A DNA stretch of 64,000 nt from a bacterium (GCA_963669175.1 OY769902.1:3936001-4000000); one strand, 5' to 3'. Counted from the stretch's first letter, positions 41,724 through 52,072 are shown. Notes: a model not told the origin generated them from the letters alone. Made by a program: numbers and translations.

Positions 41724-42106
41724 GTTCGTTCCTCTAAAGCCTAATAGTGTATAATGACTACGCTTGGAAAGCAATACTTAATTCTCTAGAGAACAGGAGC
41801 CTGAGTCAACTCTCAACTCCTGAATCCCGGACTACAGGGATGAATGTTTCTGTAGCATTTCGCACGCAATATCTTTCTGTATTGTAGCAGAATAATACTC
41901 TTAGACATGCTTTTTGCTAAAAATGTTTTCGCCTTCATAGCCCCAAGTGGATGTGTCCCCATAGAACACTTATATCCCCCAAGGGGGACAACAACAAAGA
42001 AAGCTTGAATTAATAGCTATTTATCTCGCTGATTCTGTCTACATTTTTCCTGCCAATTCTGTAAACCAGGAAACATCATGTCTTCCTGACAGCAGTAGAC
42101 TCTTTA

Positions 42107-42122
42107 TGGCATATGAATTGCA
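42107..42122 (+). promoter_or_regulatory. Sigma54 (-24/-12) promoter
   Basis: TGGCAT-ATGAA-TTGCA matches the TGGCAC-N5-TTGC consensus, with GG and GC correctly spaced. Confidence 0.6.
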
Positions 42123-42133
42123 AAATGATTAAG

Positions 42134-42261
42134 CAAGTTCTTACACAATCGCTGTTATTTGTTGCATCCCCTACGCTCGAGAACGGAAGCGTTCGCGTCA
42201 TGAGTTGAACCGGCTCCGGCTCATGCCCCCCTTCTTCCCTCTCGAACGTAGGGATTTTTTT
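42134..42261 (+). ncRNA. Putative sigma54-dependent small RNA
   Basis: Long imperfect hairpin CCCTACGCTCGAGA...CATGAG...CTCATG...TCTCGAACGTAGGG ending in T7, downstream of the sigma54 motif, with no credible plus-strand CDS. Confidence 0.45.
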
Positions 42262-42263
42262 CT

Positions 42264-42824
42264 CTACGCCTCACTGAAGTCTTCCAGTGACAGCCAGATC
42301 AGTTTTGTATCGCCCAGTTTTTTCTCTCGATCCACAACCCAACCTTCCGGCGCTTTCAGTTCAGATCTCGATGCGGCCTCAAAGACAAACTGACCTTCGC
42401 TGGCTATCACGCCATGCTTTCTGATTCGTTCCAGGAGCGTCTCCATCACATCATCTTTGTAAGGTGGATCTGCCAGAATGATGTCAAATGCTTGTTGCGA
42501 AGGAGTGAATCTTTCCAGCCATTTGATTGCATCAGATTTTACCAGTTGCGCTCTTTGCGCAAAGCCACATCGCTCAATATTCTGCTGGATAACGTGTGCA
42601 GCTTTGCCCTGTTTTTCGACGAATACGGCCGTATCAGCTCCACGTGCCAGCGCCTCGAGGCCAAGCATACCTGCCCCTGCGAAAAGATCCAGCACACGTG
42701 CCCCGGGTAATACCGGCATCAGGATCTGGAACAGGATTTCCCTTGTCCTTGCTGAAGTGGGACGCACAAAACTGGGAGGTGCAACCAGGATACGACCTTT
42801 CCCATCACCACCGGTTAACCTCAC
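42264..42824 (-). CDS. rsmD: 16S rRNA m2G966 methyltransferase
   Basis: Motifs VRPTSARTRE, LDLFAGAGMLGLEALARG, ADPPY. Confidence 0.93.
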   Translation of the reverse strand: MRLTGGDGKGRILVAPPSFVRPTSARTREILFQILMPVLPGARVLDLFAGAGMLGLEALARGADTAVFVEKQGKAAHVIQQNIERCGFAQRAQLVKSDAIKWLERFTPSQQAFDIILADPPYKDDVMETLLERIRKHGVIASEGQFVFEAASRSELKAPEGWVVDREKKLGDTKLIWLSLEDFSEA

Positions 42825-44086
42825 GGCAGCCCCGCGAGGAAATACTGATCCTCTTCAGCGCCCCGGTGAATGGACAGCCTGTACGGCCGTAACGCAGCAG
42901 CATCAAACAGGTTCAACAGTTCATCACGTTGTGCCTTGGTCAACACGGCGTGAGTTGATGGATCAGGTGAAAGGCCAAGGAGTTTCAAATTGTCAAGCAT
43001 CTGTATTTCACTCAGGGTGCTATCCCCTGTTGCATGCAGCTTCACATAGAACACCAGATCTTGTGTTCCCGGCACGGACGCGCCGATACGCAGGCTGTCA
43101 AATCCTTCCAGCGAAGCGATATGTTGCGCCCAGGTCATCATCGGTTCTTCTTTGGCGTTGATCAGCAGACGCATTTCATCGCCCTGCAAGACCAATCCAT
43201 CGACAGCCACACCAAGCGTATCTGCCGAGTGATACATATCCAGTAACGAGGAAGCCATGGTCAATACAGGCGCCTGTTCCCCGTTCTTCATCTCGTAGAT
43301 TCGTTGGATCAAACCTGAAATCATCGCTTTCGGGCCATCCAGGTGCGTAAAGACATACGCCCCGGCGCCGCCCAAGATGATAACAAGTGCGGCTACCACA
43401 ATGGCAACAATCTTCAGGACAGAACCACCGGACTTTCGGGGAACCTGTTTTCTTTCTTCCCGTTCGTCAGCGCTCTCAAAGGCGGATGTATCCAGCTCAT
43501 CCTTTTCATCCTCGAGGCCAACTGCACCGGAACCTGTAGGCGTTTTTCCATGATGCCGTTGCCAGATCTTGTATAGAGTGAGCAAGTCGGCGCTCATCTC
43601 CACATCTGCAGGCACCAGCCCTGTGTACAGGGTGATGGAATGGACATTCATCCGGAGACTACGCACCATCTCTTCCCAGAAGGCAATAATCTCCGGACGA
43701 ACAACAAAGGCGTAAACGCGCTGGCCTATAGGCTGCCAGGCGTAAATGTAGTCTTCGAGATCGCTGTCAAGCCGTTGGCTTAGTTCCCATTCAACCATCT
43801 CCTCAAGCACATCCGGCGGAAGATCCTCCAACTCCAGCAACCATCCGCTTCCCCATGGCGGGGCAAGCATGATGCTTATAGGTTTCTTTGGATCCAACCA
43901 GTTGTCTTTAATGCGCTTGAGGGTTTCCTTGAGTAATGCTTTAAGTTCAGGATGCCCGGCTGATACCGGATTAGAGACGCCGGAGCGGGACTTTGCCTTT
44001 TCTACATACCCCAGCCCTTCATCCCATTCTTCCAGAATCAGGTTCTTGTCGTCCCAACGTAGACGATACGGAGGAACATCCGCCAT
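42821..44086 (-). CDS. Hypothetical bitopic membrane protein (PilM/PilN-like topology)
   Basis: Cytoplasmic N-domain (VEWELSQRL), acidic linker, single TM, C-terminal domain; stop overlaps the rsmD start. Confidence 0.55.
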   Translation of the reverse strand: MADVPPYRLRWDDKNLILEEWDEGLGYVEKAKSRSGVSNPVSAGHPELKALLKETLKRIKDNWLDPKKPISIMLAPPWGSGWLLELEDLPPDVLEEMVEWELSQRLDSDLEDYIYAWQPIGQRVYAFVVRPEIIAFWEEMVRSLRMNVHSITLYTGLVPADVEMSADLLTLYKIWQRHHGKTPTGSGAVGLEDEKDELDTSAFESADEREERKQVPRKSGGSVLKIVAIVVAALVIILGGAGAYVFTHLDGPKAMISGLIQRIYEMKNGEQAPVLTMASSLLDMYHSADTLGVAVDGLVLQGDEMRLLINAKEEPMMTWAQHIASLEGFDSLRIGASVPGTQDLVFYVKLHATGDSTLSEIQMLDNLKLLGLSPDPSTHAVLTKAQRDELLNLFDAAALRPYRLSIHRGAEEDQYFLAGLP

Positions 44087-44122
44087 GAAACCATCCCTGT
44101 TGGTTGCTGTCCTGAACCCCGA

Positions 44123-45370
44123 TTACTCTTTTTCACTCCAGGAAAGATCGTCGTTTTCAACATATCCCGGGAACTTCACCGGTCCGACATTGAACAACTT
44201 ATCAAGGAAACCAGCAGACGGAAGCTGGAATTCCTTTTCAAACGGCGGCTTAATGGTAACGCCGACGGTATCGACTGAACTCAGGAAGTACTGTTCTGAA
44301 AGCTCTATCTTGCCAAGGATTTCCTGGGTCTCGGGCAAGTTTGTCCAGACACGGATCAAGCTGTCATAGCTCGTGCTGAAGAGGTAATCCTTGATAATGG
44401 CTGCGTCTTCATAATTACCAACGGAATCCGAAGGTAAAGTTTTTTCGGATTCTGCTTCAATTGTGAGATCCTTGCCCGGCCCCATGGTTGAAAGCTGGTT
44501 GTAGAAGAACTCGCCCTGCAACTCAAGCTGGCGTTCATACAGGGTTGTATCCTGCTTCATCTGCTGATCCAACTCGCCACGAGCCATACGCGCCAGCTTG
44601 TTCACGAACAGGTTAATCATCAGCTCGTTTGTGCCAATCGGGTTTTCCGGTTCACCACGTTTTACGACTGCGTAGTTGATCTCGCCGACCATCTTCATGC
44701 GGGCGTTCAAATTCAACAGGTATTCCTGGCCACTGATCGGGTCGGTTGCAATATCCTCAACCGGCAGGGTCAACAAATACTCTTTGGAAGGCACAACCAG
44801 TGAATCATAAGGAAGCTCCGTGATGTTGACTTTCTTCCTTGACCATACCTGCCAGTAAATATCCTCATCACCTTTACCGCGCCACTGTGCTTTCACCGAG
44901 TCGGTCGCTGCCATAGCGATCTGGGCCGGCGGCATGACGTCAGAGAAAAGCTTCTTGGGAGTCAGGCTTAAAATGATCGAATCTGCGTTGATCCGGTTCA
45001 TCTCGATTTTTTCAATGTGGAAACGATCCACGTAACCGATCAGGAAAGAGTCATACTTGGAATCGTAAAAGGTCAGGGATTCGATTTCGAATGACGGACG
45101 TTTAATCAGAATGGAATCGTTCTTGATAAAAGTCAGCAGCGTATCAAGATCATCAACATAAGCCTTGTTAATATCATGATATCGTTGAACGATGAAATTG
45201 ATATTCCTCATCCGTTCACGCGACAGTTCCGTCACCTCATCCTGCTTGGTCCAGAGTTTCTGGGGATACAGAATCGCTGCAATAACGAACACAATCAGCA
45301 CAACCACGAGTAAACGCAGAATCCAGCTACCCTTGGGAACCATCATCGAAATGGGCTTGTTAGAAGCCAT
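44123..45370 (-). CDS. Hypothetical N-terminally anchored protein
   Basis: 415-aa ORF with an N-terminal TM and GGAGG RBS. Confidence 0.7.
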   Translation of the reverse strand: MASNKPISMMVPKGSWILRLLVVVLIVFVIAAILYPQKLWTKQDEVTELSRERMRNINFIVQRYHDINKAYVDDLDTLLTFIKNDSILIKRPSFEIESLTFYDSKYDSFLIGYVDRFHIEKIEMNRINADSIILSLTPKKLFSDVMPPAQIAMAATDSVKAQWRGKGDEDIYWQVWSRKKVNITELPYDSLVVPSKEYLLTLPVEDIATDPISGQEYLLNLNARMKMVGEINYAVVKRGEPENPIGTNELMINLFVNKLARMARGELDQQMKQDTTLYERQLELQGEFFYNQLSTMGPGKDLTIEAESEKTLPSDSVGNYEDAAIIKDYLFSTSYDSLIRVWTNLPETQEILGKIELSEQYFLSSVDTVGVTIKPPFEKEFQLPSAGFLDKLFNVGPVKFPGYVENDDLSWSEKE

Positions 45371-45387
45371 TATACTCCTCCGATCCT

Positions 45388-45963
45388 CTAAACCCGAACC
45401 AGGGGTTTAATCTTCTCGAACCGTTTAGCGCCAACGCCGCGAACGAGGAGAAGATCTTCCACTTTTTTGAACGCTCCATGTTCCCGCCGAAAATCAACAA
45501 TACGTCCGGCAAGCACAGGGCCGACGCCGGGTAATTGTTGAAAATCTGCGACATCAGCAGCGTTTATGTCAAGTAATCCATGGGATGAAAGGCCTTTTTC
45601 GGTGCCCTGTGCCATCCCGGAGGTCTCCTGCTGTTCTCCAACAGAGACAGAATCGCCGTTAAGATAAGTAAAAGTATGCTGCTTTTGCGCCCTCGAAGAG
45701 AAGTTCGAGGACTCTTTTTTAGCTGTTCTTTGTGAATTTCCTAAACTCGAGCCTGATTGTTGCGGCAGCATTAGTGAATCAGCCTCCTGCATTCGAGAAA
45801 GATCAACGTCACTTTCATCGGCTACAAGTCCACGCTGAATCACCAGAACCAGGCTACCAATCACCAGCAAAAAAGCCAGAGTGATTAGAGCACGCATTTC
45901 CGCACGTGAAAAGGGAATGCCTGTAAACGGTTTATATTTCTTGTTGTCAGGAAACCGGGGCAT
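45388..45963 (-). CDS. comEA: ComEA family helix-hairpin-helix DNA-binding protein
   Basis: N-terminal TM; LDINAA...LPGVGPVLAGRIVDFR...LLLVRGVGAK. Confidence 0.88.
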   Translation of the reverse strand: MPRFPDNKKYKPFTGIPFSRAEMRALITLAFLLVIGSLVLVIQRGLVADESDVDLSRMQEADSLMLPQQSGSSLGNSQRTAKKESSNFSSRAQKQHTFTYLNGDSVSVGEQQETSGMAQGTEKGLSSHGLLDINAADVADFQQLPGVGPVLAGRIVDFRREHGAFKKVEDLLLVRGVGAKRFEKIKPLVRV

Positions 45964-45992
45964 ATCAACTCCGTATCCTAACCGCGTCTATA

Positions 45993-47135
45993 TCATCCGA
46001 AAAAGGCGTCTTTCACTTTCTTGAAAAAACCTTTTTCTTTTTGTTTCGGGGGTTGCATGTTTTCTGACTGAACCATGTCTTCAAACATATCGCGCTCGTT
46101 CTGAGATAATTTTTTTGGCACGTAAATGTCTATACGCACCAACTGATCACCTTTTGCATTGCTGTTCAGCTTGCCAAGCCCTTTTCCACGCAGGCGCATC
46201 ACCTTGCCCGGTTGAATCCCTGTCGGGATATCCAGCTTGACTTTTCCATTCAAGGTCGGGATCTCTATTTCTCCACCCAACACAGCCATGGGAATGCTGA
46301 TGGTCTGCTGGTAGAGGATGTCATCGCCATTACGTTCAAAATGCTGATGTTCTTTCTCTTCGATCACCACGATCAGGTTTCCGGCAATCCCTCCACGTGG
46401 TGCGGCATGTCCTTCACCACGAATGGTCAGGTAGTTGCCTTCCTTCACCCCGGCCGGAATTTCTACGGTAACCGTGGAATCCGAACGAACCCTGCCTTCT
46501 CCGCCACAGGCTTCACATTTTTCACGAATGATCTGGCCTTCACCGTGACAGGTTGGACAGGTTGTAACAGTTACCATCTGCCCCAGCAGGGAGCGTGTCA
46601 TCTGACGCACTTCCCCAGCGCCGTTACAGGTTGTGCAGGTTTTCTTCCCACTACCCGGTTTCGCGCCAGTGCCATCACAGGTTTCGCAGGGATTGTACCG
46701 TGAAACGCGGAGTTTCTTGGTAACTCCTTCAGCAATTTCCTCAAGGGACAGGGACAGGTTTATCTGAAGGTCGCGCCCACGTGGTGTACCGCGACGACCT
46801 CCACCTCCTCCACCACCGCCGAAAATATCGCCGAACCCGAACCCGCCCATGAAAGACCGGAAGATCTCGAACGGATCGATATCCATGCTGTAGCCACCGC
46901 CGCCACCCGCTCCGCCCAGCCCGGCCTTGCCGAACTGATCATAGCGTGCACGCTTCTGTGGGTCGGACAGCACTGAATACGCTTCGCCCAGCTCCTTGAA
47001 CTTCTCTTCTGCATCCGGTTCCGAATTCCTGTCCGGATGGTACTGCATCGCCAGTTTACGGTACGCTTTTTTAATCGTTTCTTCGTCAGCGTTCCGGTCA
47101 ATGCCTAACAGATCGTAATAATCCTGGTCAGCCAC
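45993..47135 (-). CDS. dnaJ: Chaperone DnaJ
   Basis: J domain with HPD, G/F region, four CxxCxGxG repeats. Confidence 0.97.
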   Translation of the reverse strand: MADQDYYDLLGIDRNADEETIKKAYRKLAMQYHPDRNSEPDAEEKFKELGEAYSVLSDPQKRARYDQFGKAGLGGAGGGGGYSMDIDPFEIFRSFMGGFGFGDIFGGGGGGGGRRGTPRGRDLQINLSLSLEEIAEGVTKKLRVSRYNPCETCDGTGAKPGSGKKTCTTCNGAGEVRQMTRSLLGQMVTVTTCPTCHGEGQIIREKCEACGGEGRVRSDSTVTVEIPAGVKEGNYLTIRGEGHAAPRGGIAGNLIVVIEEKEHQHFERNGDDILYQQTISIPMAVLGGEIEIPTLNGKVKLDIPTGIQPGKVMRLRGKGLGKLNSNAKGDQLVRIDIYVPKKLSQNERDMFEDMVQSENMQPPKQKEKGFFKKVKDAFFG

Positions 47136-47152
47136 AATTCAATCCTGTTTTC

Positions 47153-47767
47153 CTACGCTTCAGCCGCTACGATCACTCGTGCCGGGCGAAGCAGTGCGCC
47201 TTTGATTGTATACCCCTTCTGATGAATCATCAGAACAGTACCGGGTTCAGCGTCCGGGGACGGCTGTTCCATCAAAGCTTCGTGCAATTCCGGGTTGAAA
47301 GGTTCCCCTGTTGGGTCCATGATTTCAACCCCACGTCTTTTCAACGCATCCAGTAACTTCTGCCGAATCATCACCGCACCTTTCAGGAACGGTTCCAGTT
47401 CAGTTGAATCGTTGTTATTGGCCAGCAGCAGATCCAGATCATCAATTGCCGGCAGCAGATCTTCAATCAGATCTCTACTGGCAGTTGAAGTGATACGCTC
47501 CAACTCCGCGCTGCGACGCTTTTTGTAGTTTTCAAACTCGGCCGCCGCACGGAGCATCTTGTCACGCAAAGCATCTTTTTCCTGCTGAAGCGCTTCAATC
47601 TTATCAGTCAGGGAAGAAAGCTCCACCTTATCTTCGACGTTTGTATCGTTAGAAGTTTCATCCGTCTCCTGTCCTGCCTCTTCCACAACATCAGCAGCAG
47701 TGGATTGCTCTTTTTCCTCGACGGTTGCGTCTTCTTGCGTAATCTTGATTTTCTTCTTCTTGCTCAC
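47153..47767 (-). CDS. grpE: Nucleotide exchange factor GrpE
   Basis: Motifs AEFENYKKR, FNPELHEA, QKGY...LLRPARV. Confidence 0.96.
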   Translation of the reverse strand: MSKKKKIKITQEDATVEEKEQSTAADVVEEAGQETDETSNDTNVEDKVELSSLTDKIEALQQEKDALRDKMLRAAAEFENYKKRRSAELERITSTASRDLIEDLLPAIDDLDLLLANNNDSTELEPFLKGAVMIRQKLLDALKRRGVEIMDPTGEPFNPELHEALMEQPSPDAEPGTVLMIHQKGYTIKGALLRPARVIVAAEA

Positions 47768-47793
47768 TTCCAGACTTCCTTATGTGGTACACC

Positions 47794-48846
47794 CTAATCA
47801 ACCAGTTTCCTGTGAATTGCTTCAGCGGCAAAGGTCACCAGCGCAGAGACACGCGCATAGTCCATCCGTGTTGGACCAATCACACCAAGGCTGCCTTCCG
47901 CATCTCCAACGCGGTACATGGTGGAAACCAGGCTGCATCCATACAGCCCATCCCTTTCCAGCTCACGTCCGATGGCGATGCGAACACGCCTTCCGGTGGA
48001 ATGCTCGCCTTTCTCCAGCAATTCCGCGACTTCATGCCGCCTGTCAAGTACTTCAAAGACATCACGCATCCGCTTCATATCCGTAAACTCCGGAAGATCA
48101 AGCAGATGACGTGTTTCCCCAAAATGAACTGCCTGCACATCACGACTGTTCAATAACGCATGGGCTACAACGGAAAACCTATCCACGAGACCACGAATTG
48201 CCTCGGGGGCTCCATGCAGTCGCTCTTCCATACTCTCGCTGATTTGCGAAAGTTTCAAACCGCTAAGTCGTGCATTAACAAAGCGGGCAAACTCCTCAAT
48301 CGCAAGATCTCCGGTCTGTTCCGGGATCTCGAGCAACATACTCTGTACCTGGCTGTCACGCATGGTCAGGATAACCATGATTTTCGCTGATGCCAGCCGG
48401 GTGACATCGATTTTGTGCAGCTTGGATTTATTCAAACGTGGCGCCAGGATTACGGATATCATGGCGCTAAGCCGTGACATCGCAACCGAAGTATTGTCCA
48501 GCGCTTTGCCTAATCCGCTGATCCGCGCATCTTCAATCGCGTTGTTGATAGCTTTCCGCTCAGCCGGTGTTAAAACAGCTTTGCCCATCATATTGTCAAC
48601 GTAATAGCCGTACCCGAAATCTGTCGGCACACCGCCTGACGACGGATGCGGTCGCTGGAGCAACCCCATGTTTTCAAGATCAGCCATTACGTTTCGCACC
48701 GTAGCCGGGGAAAGCTTCAATTCCAGCATCTGGGCCAGTTGTTTGGAGCTAACAGCCTGCGCGGACAGCACATAGCCCTCCAGCAGCAGGCTGAATACCT
48801 GCCGTTGACGTTCTGTCAACTCGGGATATGATGAAGTCCTGACCAT
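47794..48846 (-). CDS. hrcA: Heat-inducible repressor HrcA
   Basis: Motifs LSPATVRNVMADLE, PHPSSGGVPT, GVIGPTRMDY. Confidence 0.95.
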   Translation of the reverse strand: MVRTSSYPELTERQRQVFSLLLEGYVLSAQAVSSKQLAQMLELKLSPATVRNVMADLENMGLLQRPHPSSGGVPTDFGYGYYVDNMMGKAVLTPAERKAINNAIEDARISGLGKALDNTSVAMSRLSAMISVILAPRLNKSKLHKIDVTRLASAKIMVILTMRDSQVQSMLLEIPEQTGDLAIEEFARFVNARLSGLKLSQISESMEERLHGAPEAIRGLVDRFSVVAHALLNSRDVQAVHFGETRHLLDLPEFTDMKRMRDVFEVLDRRHEVAELLEKGEHSTGRRVRIAIGRELERDGLYGCSLVSTMYRVGDAEGSLGVIGPTRMDYARVSALVTFAAEAIHRKLVD

Positions 48847-48900
48847 GCTGAAATCCTGAAACAGTCTAACCTTTGAAGGTAGTTGCAGTGCTCTGGCGTG

Positions 48901-49767
48901 TCAAGCAACCCGTTTCAATTCCACACCACGTGGGGCAGCGATTAATGCAGCGAAAAATCCAATCATTCCCATAGCCAGCAAAGCCAGCAGGGCTCTGAAA
49001 TAATCCGGAGCGGGGACGATGCCGCCACTCCCCTGGAATACCTGTTGAAGGATCAGGATGAGGCCGATGCCCAAGCCTCCTCCGAGCACTCCGCTAATCG
49101 TTCCAGCCACGAGAAACGGCGCCTGCACCTGCCATGCTGATCCACCGATGATAGTCACAGCGCGCACCCACCGTTCGACCGCCCGGGCAGAGACACGAAC
49201 CGCCTGCAAAGTCAGCAGGAGCGATACTGCCGCAATAATCCCGGCAATAAAGAATAACTTGTTCCGCACTGCCTGAATGACACTCTCGAGACGTGCAAGG
49301 AGATCTCCCTCAAATACGACCTCCTCAATTCCATCCAGTTTCCCAATCTCCAAGGCTTCCTGGTCGAGTGTGCCACGGCTTATCTTCGTTGGATTATACC
49401 GGATGCGTAGGGATGCCGGAAGTGGGTTTTCACCCAGCAGATCGAAAAGCTCTTCACCGTATTCTTCTGCAAACAACTCTGCTGCTCTTTCTTTGCCTAC
49501 GACCTTCACCTCTTCAACGCCACCTCGCCTGCGTAACACTTCCGCCAGTGAATCCGCCTGTTGTTCCGCCCCGGGCTGGAGATAGGCTTCCAGTTCAAAC
49601 AGGGCCAGCAAGCGTTCCTGTGCCTGGTCCAGGGTCTCTTCCGCCGCCAGCAGCAAAATAGTCGTCGTGCCGAGAATGAAGAAGGCAAACACAGTGAGCA
49701 TTCCCATAATCCCGGACCGGGCAAACGCGCCGATTCCTTCACGGACATAAAACCAGAATCGTCTCAT
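48901..49767 (-). CDS. ftsX: Cell division permease FtsX
   Basis: GENPLPAS motif, four TM segments, coupled to an ftsE-like gene. Confidence 0.85.
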   Translation of the reverse strand: MRRFWFYVREGIGAFARSGIMGMLTVFAFFILGTTTILLLAAEETLDQAQERLLALFELEAYLQPGAEQQADSLAEVLRRRGGVEEVKVVGKERAAELFAEEYGEELFDLLGENPLPASLRIRYNPTKISRGTLDQEALEIGKLDGIEEVVFEGDLLARLESVIQAVRNKLFFIAGIIAAVSLLLTLQAVRVSARAVERWVRAVTIIGGSAWQVQAPFLVAGTISGVLGGGLGIGLILILQQVFQGSGGIVPAPDYFRALLALLAMGMIGFFAALIAAPRGVELKRVA

Positions 49768-50414
49768 TCCACCTGCCTCCCCTGTTTGATCTTTACGATT
49801 CGAACAGGCAGGTCTTCCAGGAGTTCCGGACGGTGGGTTGCGATGAGAAGCGTTGATCCCTGCTCGTGAATGGAGGAAAGCAGTTCTACAATACCCCGGG
49901 CGGTTCCCAGGTCAAGATGACCGAATGGTTCATCGGCAATAAGAGCGAAAGGTTGTGCGACAAGCGCACGTGCAATGGCAAGCCGACGACGTTCACCGTA
50001 ACTCAGCGTAGTCGTTTGCGCATCGATATGAGCGTAGAGTCCAACACGGTTCAAGACATGGAGTGAAGCCTGCTTGGTTTTTCTGGAAGGCCATCCCAGC
50101 ACTTCACCGACCAGCGCCACATTGTGGAAAACCGAACGATCCGGCAACAACGCCAGATCCTGATCAACCACACCCAGCATTCTTCGAACCTGCGGCAGCT
50201 TGCGTTTGGGCAAGCCATGCAGACGATATTTGCTGACCATGATCTCGCCCTGGTCCGGCTTCTCCAGCCCGTAGATACAACGCAGCAGAGTAGACTTCCC
50301 GGCGCCGGCATGGCCAACGATAGCGACCCATTCCCCCTTTTCCACCTGCAGGTGAATGTTCTCGATACCGCGTCCCTTGTTGAATCGTTTGCTGACGCCG
50401 ATCAGTTTAATCAT
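49764..50414 (-). CDS. ftsE: Cell division ATP-binding protein FtsE
   Basis: Motifs GHAGAGKST, LSYGE, ADEPFGHLD, IATH; adjacent to ftsX. Confidence 0.85.
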   Translation of the reverse strand: MIKLIGVSKRFNKGRGIENIHLQVEKGEWVAIVGHAGAGKSTLLRCIYGLEKPDQGEIMVSKYRLHGLPKRKLPQVRRMLGVVDQDLALLPDRSVFHNVALVGEVLGWPSRKTKQASLHVLNRVGLYAHIDAQTTTLSYGERRRLAIARALVAQPFALIADEPFGHLDLGTARGIVELLSSIHEQGSTLLIATHRPELLEDLPVRIVKIKQGRQVE

Positions 50415-51229
50415 ACTGGCCGCACCACAAAGTGTACCCGGTCGCTCTGTTCCGAACCCTGCTTGAATGTATAGCCATCGTATTGAGAAAGCAGCTTGAA
50501 ATCACATTGTTCCACCATCTCAACAATCTGATCCAGGGACCAGATGCGCTGCTGATGATGCTCCAGGTACATTGTATCCTCTTCCATTACAAAAATCTCG
50601 AACTGGTTGTTCTGGATGCGTTCGTGCGGATCATACCAGGCCTGACGGTGAATCACGGTTCCGCGAATTCTCTCTGTCTGGTTCAGCGAGCTGAAATGCG
50701 AAAGGCTATTGGTTTCCGTACTACAGTCAAAGATAAACAGACCTTCATCACGCAACGCCGGACGAACGGCACGGAAGAACTCCATAACATCTTCCGGATT
50801 TAAAAGATAGTTCATGGAATCGTATAGGCACAGGATCAGGTCCTGTTCCATTACCGGGGGAACCTGCCGAAGATCGCCCACATGAAACTGTACCTGGAAT
50901 CCTTTGGGCACAGGTTTCTTTTTAGCAGCTTCGATCATCCGGGGATCGCCATCCACACCAACGACATTCAATCCCAAATCCGCCAGCTCCATGGCCAGAT
51001 TCCCGGTTCCACAGGCCAGGTCTGTAACATTGCTGATCTGCATCCGGTTCAGACGATGCAGGTTGATGACATACTTTGCCCATGTGCTATAGTCAACATG
51101 TTCCATGACAAGATCATAATAACGTGCGAGGATCTCGTAAGGCTCAACCTCAACCGTGCGGGACACGGTCGGCTTGGAAATGGTACGCATGAAGTTCATC
51201 TTTATCCGGTTTAGCAGCGAACGTTCCAT
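50411..51229 (-). CDS. Class I SAM-dependent methyltransferase
   Basis: Motifs DLACGTG, CLYDSMNYL, GLFIFD. Confidence 0.88.
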   Translation of the reverse strand: MERSLLNRIKMNFMRTISKPTVSRTVEVEPYEILARYYDLVMEHVDYSTWAKYVINLHRLNRMQISNVTDLACGTGNLAMELADLGLNVVGVDGDPRMIEAAKKKPVPKGFQVQFHVGDLRQVPPVMEQDLILCLYDSMNYLLNPEDVMEFFRAVRPALRDEGLFIFDCSTETNSLSHFSSLNQTERIRGTVIHRQAWYDPHERIQNNQFEIFVMEEDTMYLEHHQQRIWSLDQIVEMVEQCDFKLLSQYDGYTFKQGSEQSDRVHFVVRPV

Positions 51230-51280
51230 GAAACACCCTCTGCCAGGGTTGTTGTAAGGCTATCTTCAGGCTGCGATTGT

Positions 51281-52072
51281 CTACTCTTGGTTAAACGTAA
51301 ATCCAAACAACCGTTGCGCATTTTCGGTGGTGATACGCGCAACATCATTCAGGGTCATATCACGTATCGCAGCATGTGCGGCTGCAATATACGTAACATA
51401 AGACGGCTCGTTATCCCGTCCACGGCGCGGCACCGGCGCCAGAAAAGGGCTATCCGTCTCGAGCAACAGTCTATCATCAGGCACCAACAGGGACACTTCA
51501 GGTCGATCTGATTTTTTGTAGGTGATGTTGCCTGTAAAGGAAATGTAGAATCCGCGCTCGATCACTTCTCTCGCCATAACCTTGTCCCCGGCAAAACAGT
51601 GAAAAACACCGCCGGGGCCATCAACACCATTGAAGTTTTCATCATCCAGCACACGGAGCAGGTCACTGGATGCTTTCCTGTCGTGCAATACTACCGGCTT
51701 CCCTTTTGCCTTCGCCAGCTTCAGTTGTTTACGAAACCACTCTTCCTGCAATTCCGGGGCGCTATGCTCACGGTAATAATCTAACCCGATCTCCCCCAGG
51801 GCAGCACATTTATCCCCGTCAAGGAGCGTAGAAATTGTGTCCAGATCTTTGGTCGCCGCTTTTGACACATCGTTCGGATGAATTCCGGCGCCATACCAGA
51901 CCGATTCAAACTGTCGCGCGTGTTCGGCTGCACGTAATGAGCTGGAAACATCTGTCCCCAGGTCAAGTATGGCGGCCACACCCGAACGATTTGCACGTGC
52001 GACCACTTCCTGAACCTGACCATTATAGGTCGGCCAGGTCAGGTGTACATGAGTATCGACTATCCGTTCCAT
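51281..52072 (-). CDS. tatD: TatD family hydrolase
   Basis: Motifs DTHVH, GIHP, GEIGLDY, HCF, LLETDSPFL. Confidence 0.93.
   Translation of the reverse strand: MERIVDTHVHLTWPTYNGQVQEVVARANRSGVAAILDLGTDVSSSLRAAEHARQFESVWYGAGIHPNDVSKAATKDLDTISTLLDGDKCAALGEIGLDYYREHSAPELQEEWFRKQLKLAKAKGKPVVLHDRKASSDLLRVLDDENFNGVDGPGGVFHCFAGDKVMAREVIERGFYISFTGNITYKKSDRPEVSLLVPDDRLLLETDSPFLAPVPRRGRDNEPSYVTYIAAAHAAIRDMTLNDVARITTENAQRLFGFTFNQE

Noticed and set aside
42134-42261. SRP (4.5S) or 6S RNA identity for the hairpin RNA
   Set aside because: No SRP domain IV motif on either strand, and it is shorter than typical 6S RNA.
46798-46822. CCA/CCT triplet run in dnaJ
   Set aside because: It encodes the normal Gly-rich G/F linker and is not a contingency repeat.
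45993-48846. Missing dnaK in the hrcA-grpE-dnaJ cluster
   Set aside because: A separate dnaK locus is common in FCB-group genomes, so this is not unusual.
48847-48900. CIRCE operator upstream of hrcA
   Set aside because: Only a partial AGCACT half-site; no TTAGCACTC-N9-GAGTGCTAA inverted repeat.
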